IMG/VR virus record: IMGVR_UViG_3300020030_000053
Location: 1-6,060 of that record
DNA: 6,060 bases
Origin: a virus
Reading direction: 5' to 3' (one strand)
Part shown: positions 1 to 5,327 of the stretch, in pieces
Layout: each line of letters begins with the position of its first letter
Numbering within the stretch: position 1 is the stretch's first letter
Notes under the pieces: generated by a model
Database searches by the model: none
What the model was told of the DNA's origin: nothing
Seen by the model: only the letters and a program-made list of their open reading frames with translations
Translations under genes and position numbers: made by a program

Positions 1-121
1 CTTTATCTTGCCTCCTCCAACATCGCCGTTATACGCGAAAATTCGTATCTGCTGGCGTTGGTGATTTTCTCGGTTATATGCCTCGTCCTTCTGCTCGTAC
101 TTCGACGTGGTCTTATTTTGA
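1..121. repeat. Terminal redundancy, copy 1 (artefact of linearising a circular genome)
   Basis: Identical to 5940-6060. It lies inside the VP4 reading frame, which runs straight through the junction without a stop. Confidence 0.95.
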
Positions 122-458
122 CTTTGAGAAGCGCATCAATTACAATTACTCGATTCCTCGATACTACCTTAGATATCTTAAACAAGAGGACGAGGTTTCG
201 CGCTCGATTGCTGCTGCTGACGCTTATGCACGTTTTAGCAAGTCTCCTCTGGTTAAGCGTATTGTGTCTCTGTGTGTTGAACGGTTCAATCTCGGTTCCG
301 CCGTATCCCGTAGAGCGTCATATGCGTGGGAGCAAAAACAGATAATGCGCTTCGTTGCGTCTTCTCGTAAGATGCCGGATTTTGATCCTCCTACCTGGCT
401 GGATTTGGATATTCTCCAATTCTGGCGAGATCATTACAAACTTCAACTAATTATTTAA
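3..458 (+). CDS. VP4: Replication initiation protein VP4, C-terminal part (continues 5327-6060 across the circular junction)
   Basis: The frame is open from base 3 to the TAA at 456-458. The translation LSCLLQHRRYTRKFVSAGVGDFLGYMPRPS... matches the frame-2 translation of 5942-6060. The ORF-track entry 78-458 is only the part after an internal Met. Confidence 0.9.
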   Translation, partial: LSCLLQHRRYTRKFVSAGVGDFLGYMPRPSARTSTWSYFDFEKRINYNYSIPRYYLRYLKQEDEVSRSIAAADAYARFSKSPLVKRIVSLCVERFNLGSAVSRRASYAWEQKQIMRFVASSRKMPDFDPPTWLDLDILQFWRDHYKLQLII

Positions 459-461
459 TTT

Positions 462-2252
462 ATGGGAAAACAACCCTTTATTTCTCACGCTGTTAATGGC
501 TACTCTCGCTACGATGTCCCTGAGAGTAAAGCCTTTACGTGCACGCCGGGTATTTTGTATCCTGTGCGAATCGATTTTATTAATGCTCGAGACCGTGTGT
601 CTATTGAGCAGGGTATTGACGTTCGCAGCAATCCTCTTGCTGTTCCGACGTTTAACCCCTACACTGTTCGACTCCATCGCTTTTGGGTGCCCCTGCAGCT
701 GTATCATCCAGAGATGAGGACGAATAGCAGTAAGTTCGATATGAATGATTTGAGTTTGAACTTTATTGCCGCTTCGTCAACTGCATCCTATCCGTTTACT
801 ACGAACAATTATCCTTATTCCAATTCACTGCTTCGTTGGTTGCGCGTAATCCCTGCTTCTATTCCGTCGACAACCTCCAGCAATGTTCCCATGTCGCCCA
901 ACCTTTCGACCGCTCAATTAGGGTACCCTTTAGGTTGGTGTACCGCTGATTCTTATCTCGCTTATTGGGATATTGTCCGTAATTATTACGGTTATTCTCA
1001 GTGGGGCCTTTACTCTTTCGCCTGGCCTAGCAGCTGGTATCTCATCCCCAATAGTGCTGGTACCGCATATAATGTCCTTCAGTTCAGCGAGAATCAGACG
1101 TTTTTTTCGCAAAGATTTGGAAATCTTGAATTCTTAGATGCTTATTTCGAGAGCCAATTCTATCCTTCGGCTGTGTCATCGTCGAATAATACGTATAATA
1201 GGGGAAATTTATTTTCTCAGATATTGCTTTCGGATCTTGGCGCTACAATTACTGCCTCTAAGGATGGTTATCCCGTTTCTTCCCTTTACCCTGGAAGTAC
1301 CTCGTTGTCCTCCGCGGGTCCCGCTAATCAGTTTGCTGTCGGTCCTAGCGATACAACTCTCACTTCGCTTGGAGCATTCCTTGTATCTCATCCAATGGCT
1401 GTTGTACCTTCGAATCCCGACCGTTATAGTCGTTTACTTCCCGTTGGTAGCTCCGAGGGTGTTTCTATGACTGGCGTTTCTACTATACCACAGTTAGCTA
1501 TTGCTTCGCGGCTTCAAGAGTATAAGGACTTGCTTGGCGCTGGAGGATCCCGTTATAGCGATTGGTTGGAGACTTTTTTTGCGTCAAAGATTGAACACGT
1601 TGATAGACCTAAGTTGCTTTTTAGCGCTTCACAGACTGTTAACGTGCAGATTGTCATGAATCAAGCAGGACAAAATAATTTTACCGGACCGAGCGTTAAC
1701 GGTCCCCTTGGTCAGCAAGGTGGTGCTATCGCTTTTAACGAGCGCCTTGGTCGTCGTCAATCTTACTATTTTCGCGAGCCTGGCTATATGATTGATATGC
1801 TGAGTATTCGTCCTGTTTATTATTGGGCAGGCATTTACCCCGATTATCTTCATTATACTGGTCCTGATTATTTCAATCCGATTTATAATGATATTGGATA
1901 TCAAGATGTCCCTGGTTTTCAATTTGGTTTTGGAACCACATCAGTCGCGGAGACCGTGGCTTACGAGCCTTGTTTTAACGAGTTTCGGGCTTCCTATGAT
2001 GAGGTTCTTGGCCAGTTGTCTCGATTCCAAGGTGCTCCGGATACTCTGCCTATTTATTCTTATTGGGTTCAACAGCGTGTTTTGTCGGCAAGCTACAATC
2101 AGTATTACTCCCTTCTGTTTGTAGATATCGGTCAAGTGAACTCGCCGTTTGCGTCCAAAAGGGAAGACAATTTCTTCGTTAACCTCTCGTATTCTGTCCA
2201 GAAGAAGAATCTGGTTAATAAAACATTTGCAACTCGTCTATCTAATCGTTAA
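462..2252 (+). CDS. VP1: Major capsid protein (Microviridae F/VP1 family), 596 aa
   Basis: The ATG is 3 nt after the VP4 stop. The N-terminus KAFTCTPGILYPV...VRSNPLAVPTF...VRLHRFWVPLQLY follows the conserved VP1 pattern as I recall it from chlamydiaphage/gokushovirus VP1 (K-x-F...G-x-L-x-P...R-x-x-P...aromatic-aromatic-VP-x-x-L). GSRYSDWLETFFASKIEHVDRPKLL (about nt 1545-1620) fits the conserved G-x-RY...RP-x-L core motif. It is the largest ORF, as expected for the capsid gene. Confidence 0.95.
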   Translation: MGKQPFISHAVNGYSRYDVPESKAFTCTPGILYPVRIDFINARDRVSIEQGIDVRSNPLAVPTFNPYTVRLHRFWVPLQLYHPEMRTNSSKFDMNDLSLNFIAASSTASYPFTTNNYPYSNSLLRWLRVIPASIPSTTSSNVPMSPNLSTAQLGYPLGWCTADSYLAYWDIVRNYYGYSQWGLYSFAWPSSWYLIPNSAGTAYNVLQFSENQTFFSQRFGNLEFLDAYFESQFYPSAVSSSNNTYNRGNLFSQILLSDLGATITASKDGYPVSSLYPGSTSLSSAGPANQFAVGPSDTTLTSLGAFLVSHPMAVVPSNPDRYSRLLPVGSSEGVSMTGVSTIPQLAIASRLQEYKDLLGAGGSRYSDWLETFFASKIEHVDRPKLLFSASQTVNVQIVMNQAGQNNFTGPSVNGPLGQQGGAIAFNERLGRRQSYYFREPGYMIDMLSIRPVYYWAGIYPDYLHYTGPDYFNPIYNDIGYQDVPGFQFGFGTTSVAETVAYEPCFNEFRASYDEVLGQLSRFQGAPDTLPIYSYWVQQRVLSASYNQYYSLLFVDIGQVNSPFASKREDNFFVNLSYSVQKKNLVNKTFATRLSNR

Positions 2253-2264
2253 TATATCAATCTT

Positions 2265-2573
2265 ATGGCACTTGATTGGCTACTTGATGATGCTCCCGCT
2301 TATGTTTCTCGCGGTCAGCGTATCCTTTCCGTTCTTAACGGTTCTGGTTCTGTTGATGTTCTTCCTGGCCGTCCAGATGTGGCGGCGGAACCCTCCGATT
2401 TTGAGAAGGGTGAAAAGTTTAATCCTGAAATCGATTTCGACCCTAATTCGTTCTCTCGCATGGACAAGTTCGATGGCCTCGAGGTCGGACAGGAACTCAT
2501 TGATCGTCAGTTAGATTCGAGCAAAGGCGACAGCCCGAAGTTCGCAACAAACTTGGCTTCTGAAGAAAAATAG
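2265..2573 (+). CDS. Hypothetical acidic protein, 102 aa (possible internal scaffolding protein, unproven)
   Basis: The ATG is 12 nt after the VP1 stop, on the same strand as the core genes. By my count it has about 21 D/E against about 11 K/R. It has no motif I recognise. The scaffold suggestion rests only on charge, size and position. Confidence 0.6.
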   Translation: MALDWLLDDAPAYVSRGQRILSVLNGSGSVDVLPGRPDVAAEPSDFEKGEKFNPEIDFDPNSFSRMDKFDGLEVGQELIDRQLDSSKGDSPKFATNLASEEK

Positions 2574-2706
2574 CATATTCTTTACTTGACGATATATGCT
2601 ACGTGCGCGGACCCCTTTTGCAAGAGTTCGTGAATTGCTGAAGGTTATTGGTAACGACTGCAGGAGAGGCCGCGCATTTTTCTATCGTTCTTTAAATTTT
2701 CAAACC

Positions 2707-2898
2707 ATGTCAGATACTAAGATTCCTTTTTACAAGTCGAAGGCCTTTTGGACGCTCGTTTCTTCCATTGTTGCTGCCTTGGCCGCCTTTTTCCTGGCGT
2801 CATGTTCTGCCCAGGCCAGGGTGCAACGCAGTGGCGTTCATATTGACACAGTTCGTGTTGACTATTTCATTCGTTCTAACAATTTAACTAATATTTAG
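2707..2898 (+). CDS. Small predicted lipoprotein, 63-aa precursor and 31-aa mature peptide
   Basis: From the ATG at 2707 the product is MSDTKIPFYKSK (basic n-region), AFWTLVSSIVAALAAFF (hydrophobic core), then the lipobox L-A-S-C with Cys33 at nt 2803-2805. This fits the signal peptidase II consensus [LVI][ASTVI][GAS]C. The stop TAG at 2896-2898 is 1 nt before the VP2 ATG. The ORF track extends it to an ATG at 2596, but that 37-aa extension would bury the signal peptide. Confidence 0.6.
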   Translation: MSDTKIPFYKSKAFWTLVSSIVAALAAFFLASCSAQARVQRSGVHIDTVRVDYFIRSNNLTNI

Positions 2899-2899
2899 T

Positions 2900-4141
2900 A
2901 TGCCTACCCCTGCTGCCGCATCTTTTGGCCAAGCCCTTGGTCAATCCGCCGCCTCTACGGGTGCTACCGGCTTGATCTCTGGTGCCTTGGGCCAGCTCTT
3001 TGGCGGCATGAACGCTCGTCGCCAATGGAAATTTCAGCAAAAACAGATGAAGCTTCAGCAAAAATACGCTCTCGAGCAGATGCAGAAGCAGTCTGAACTT
3101 TCCTACGCTAATTGGCAAAAACAATTTGACTACGAAAATGCTTATAATGACCCCTCGAAGGTTTTTGATCGTTACTTGAAGGCTGGTGTAACGCCCGCTG
3201 CTGTTTTAGGCTCTTCAGGTGTCGGCGTGAATGCCACTATGTCTGGTGGCTCCGCCCCCATGCCCTCCGCTTCCGGCCCTTCGGGTGGCTCTCCTGTTGT
3301 TCCTGGCGGCTTTGCTCCCACCAACCCCACTGCTATTGCAGAGAATATGCTTGCGCGATCTACGGCTGACCGTAATGCTGCTGCTGCTGACCGCGACGAG
3401 GCCGAGGCTGAACTTATGAGAGGTAATACTCATAGTGCAGACTGGCGGAAGGAGATGGATAATCTAGAGAAGAAGTCTCTGGAACATCATATTAACAATG
3501 TTTCTGAGTTGATTCGTCTTAATCGCGCCTTGGCTGATATTCATACTGCTGACGCTGAGTATGCTGATCTCATGGCTACTTACAAGTTTCAGGATTTTGT
3601 CGCCATGTATGCGAAACACGTCGAGGAGGCGAATCAGATTAAGAAGTACAACGACAAATATTTCGATTCTGTTTATGCTGCCCAGATCGCCCGAGATTAT
3701 GCTGCTGCTTACGAATCTGCTGCCTCCGGCAACGTCTTAGCCGTTGAGTCTGAAATACGTAAGGTCAACCTGGCTGATCTTCGCGAGTGGTTTAATATCA
3801 ATTGGGATTCTGAGGTTGACGTTCCTGAGGTTAATGCGAATGGCAAACCTACCGGCAAGACAGTGAAGATGACGGGTCGTCAGATTCATCAGAAGCTTAT
3901 GGGTCTCGCCGCCTCAGAAGGTGAACAGGATCTTTCGGGTCGCTGGTTCCAGAATCGTTCCAGTAAGAATGCTTTTGGTTACGGTTTGGCGAGAACTGCT
4001 CTGCTTGGCGCCATGGCTATTGCCGGCACGGCTGTGACAAAGCGCCCTACCCCTGTTGATTATGATGAAAGTAGAGATACTTTCGGCGAAGACGGCAGAT
4101 ATGTTGGAACAACGAAGGCCAGCCGTCGTTATGTGAGGTGA
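2900..4141 (+). CDS. VP2: DNA pilot / minor capsid protein (VP2, phiX174 H-like role), 413 aa
   Basis: It has a Gly/Ala-rich hydrophobic N-terminus (ASFGQALGQSAASTGATGLISGALGQLFGG). A Q/K-rich helical stretch follows (RRQWKFQQKQMKLQQKYALEQMQKQ). The motif YENAYNDPSKVFDRYLKAGVTPAAVLG (nt 3143-3208) resembles the Y-N-x-P...L-K-A-G-[LV]-N/T-P signature I recall from microvirus VP2 proteins. Its position downstream of VP1 is typical. Confidence 0.85.
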   Translation: MPTPAAASFGQALGQSAASTGATGLISGALGQLFGGMNARRQWKFQQKQMKLQQKYALEQMQKQSELSYANWQKQFDYENAYNDPSKVFDRYLKAGVTPAAVLGSSGVGVNATMSGGSAPMPSASGPSGGSPVVPGGFAPTNPTAIAENMLARSTADRNAAAADRDEAEAELMRGNTHSADWRKEMDNLEKKSLEHHINNVSELIRLNRALADIHTADAEYADLMATYKFQDFVAMYAKHVEEANQIKKYNDKYFDSVYAAQIARDYAAAYESAASGNVLAVESEIRKVNLADLREWFNINWDSEVDVPEVNANGKPTGKTVKMTGRQIHQKLMGLAASEGEQDLSGRWFQNRSSKNAFGYGLARTALLGAMAIAGTAVTKRPTPVDYDESRDTFGEDGRYVGTTKASRRYVR

Positions 4142-4227
4142 AATTGAACAACTCTTTCGACTTTTTGAACTTTACTATTCGCCTTTTTTGCTCTATATTT
4201 GTACTGTAAACCAATAACCACACTATC

Positions 4228-4545
4228 ATGAAAACAAACAAAAAATTCAAGCGCTTAGAGCTCGCCATCGATGTCGTTGACTACATGTTTACCAAATGGC
4301 TCATTCGCCAAGGTTTGTTTGCTTTGTATAAGGAGAATTGTGAGCATTATTATCCAAACCATCGATCGTTTCATGACAATTTATGTTCTAAGATTCGTAG
4401 TCTATACGAGTCGCCTGTTCTTGGCGTCGATGCTCTCCTTTCTACGTCTTTTCCGTTTGCCATGACGCCGGAAGGTTATAGCTTTTGGGCGGAGAAATCG
4501 GCTCTTTGGAAAAGAGTTTGTCGCGAATTTAAGTCTTCTCTTTAA
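4228..4545 (+). CDS. Hypothetical protein, 105 aa
   Basis: ATG-initiated ORF on the gene strand, following the 86-nt gap after VP2. No competing ORF. No family recognised. The C-terminal motif is FAMTPEGYSFWAEKSALW. Confidence 0.6.
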   Translation: MKTNKKFKRLELAIDVVDYMFTKWLIRQGLFALYKENCEHYYPNHRSFHDNLCSKIRSLYESPVLGVDALLSTSFPFAMTPEGYSFWAEKSALWKRVCREFKSSL

Positions 4546-4556
4546 ACTACATTATT

Positions 4557-4880
4557 ATGACACAAATTCATGTTGTTATTCGTCGGGTCAACCCGGCCCT
4601 CAAAATTGATCTCGTCCAGATAGGTCGTATCAGAGATGGTCGTTTTGAGCCTCTCCCTTTTAGCGCTGTTAAGGATACCCCTATTGCGCGTTTTCTGAAG
4701 AATTCGCATATTAGCGATTCGCTTTATGTCGATCATTCGGAAGTTTTCAACCTTGTTGTTGCTTGTGGAAGTCTTCCCGGTTCAACCGTCGATTTCTTCG
4801 ATAACACGATAGTACTCATTTTTGATTCTGAATTCAATTGCGATGAAAGCACGACGAAAGAAGAAGGGACGAGGAACTAA
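4557..4880 (+). CDS. Hypothetical protein, 107 aa, acidic C-terminus
   Basis: The ATG is 11 nt after the preceding stop, on the same strand. No family recognised. Confidence 0.55.
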   Translation: MTQIHVVIRRVNPALKIDLVQIGRIRDGRFEPLPFSAVKDTPIARFLKNSHISDSLYVDHSEVFNLVVACGSLPGSTVDFFDNTIVLIFDSEFNCDESTTKEEGTRN

Positions 4881-5023
4881 AGTAGTGACCCGCCCGCTTG
4901 GTGGAAGAGTTCTTTGATTACATAGCTCCTGGGAGAGTTTTTCCTCCCCTGGGAGCTTTTTGCTCTCAAGCTCACCGAATTTATTCGGTATATAGAGTGT
5001 GAAGTGAAGCCATGGAGCGCGAA

Positions 5024-5036
5024 GACGCGAAGCGTC
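5024..5036 (+). other. GACGC-GAA-GCGTC hairpin containing the GCGAAGC mini-hairpin motif
   Basis: GACGC (5024-5028) is the reverse complement of GCGTC (5032-5036), with a GAA loop. The core GCGAAGC is at 5027-5033. Confidence 0.6.
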
Positions 5037-5078
5037 CCGGCCGTTAAGGCCGTCGCGCGGCGTAACGAAACAGTTTTC

Positions 5079-5107
5079 GCGCTCGAAAGTACCGTCTTTC
5101 GAAGCGC
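5079..5107 (+). other. Stem-loop with an 11-bp stem and one bulged A
   Basis: GCGCT CGAAAG (5079-5089) pairs with CTTTCG (5096-5101) and AGCGC (5103-5107). A5102 is bulged and the loop is TACCGT. Confidence 0.6.
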
Positions 5108-5126
5108 AAAGTATAATTTTTCGATC

Positions 5127-5327
5127 ATGGATTTTTTTGATTTTCGCCCTCGTTTTTCTCCTGTAATTAATAGTATTCCTTACCGTTTTTCTATTGGAGC
5201 TTACCGCGGCAAGAAACGCGTCGTTATTGCCTGGTTTTCCGAAGAAAAGGCCGCTATTGATTACCTCATTCGCTGTCGTCTCGATCATCCTGCTATCAAA
5301 TTTGATTGTCTTAGAAGTTTTTTGTAA
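5127..5327 (+). CDS. Small basic hypothetical protein, 66 aa (possible DNA-binding protein), stop overlapping the VP4 start
   Basis: 5127 is the first in-frame ATG. The ORF track starts at a GTG at 5004 inside the hairpin region. The stop TAA 5325-5327 shares its last A with the VP4 ATG 5327-5329 (TAATG). The product is rich in R/K. Confidence 0.55.
   Translation: MDFFDFRPRFSPVINSIPYRFSIGAYRGKKRVVIAWFSEEKAAIDYLIRCRLDHPAIKFDCLRSFL

Larger units (their letters stand above)
4881..5126 (+). promoter_or_regulatory. Main non-coding region, hairpin-dense; candidate replication origin or complementary-strand origin and promoter region
   Basis: This is the largest stretch without an ATG-initiated gene-strand ORF. 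It is locally GC-rich and carries multiple stem-loops readable by eye (coordinates in the findings). A TATAAT lies at 5112-5117. Confidence 0.5.

Noticed and set aside
58-345. Hydrophobic alternative-frame + strand ORFs (58-345, 496-717, 1138-1470, 1888-2124, 3231-3419, 4271-4465, 5370-5582)
   Set aside because: T-rich coding DNA read out of frame yields Leu/Phe/Val-rich ORFs. Several start at TTG, and all lie inside confidently called genes. None has the short TM-plus-basic-tail layout that led me to keep 2149-2514 as a finding.
78-458. 126-aa ORF listed as a separate gene
   Set aside because: It is the C-terminal third of VP4, starting at an internal Met. The frame is open upstream to base 3 and is continuous with 5327-6060 across the circular junction. 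I see no evidence for a separate phiX174 A*-like product.
2662-2666. AGGAG, the only strong Shine-Dalgarno-like pentamer seen near a spacer
   Set aside because: No start codon lies 5-12 nt downstream; the next ATG is at 2707. It forms part of the GC-rich stem region instead.
2596-2706. Upstream ATG extending the lipoprotein ORF to 100 aa
   Set aside because: The 37-aa extension (MLRARTPFARVRELLKVIGNDCRRGRAFFYRSLNFQT) would place the signal peptide internally. It also overlaps the stem-loops of the spacer. The ATG at 2707 gives a canonical lipoprotein precursor. The longer form is not excluded.
5112-5117. Perfect TATAAT box, and the TTGACG at 2586-2591, as sigma-70 promoter halves
   Set aside because: Neither has a partner element at 16-18 nt spacing. 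GTACCG lies upstream of the TATAAT, and no -10 follows the TTGACG. If the host is Bacteroidota, the sigma-70 consensus does not apply. TATAAT also sits only 9 nt from the ATG at 5127.
5004-5126. GTG start extending the 66-aa ORF to 107 aa
   Set aside because: It is a non-ATG start inside the GC-rich hairpin cluster, and the open frame may be incidental. The first in-frame ATG is at 5127. Comparative data are needed to settle this.
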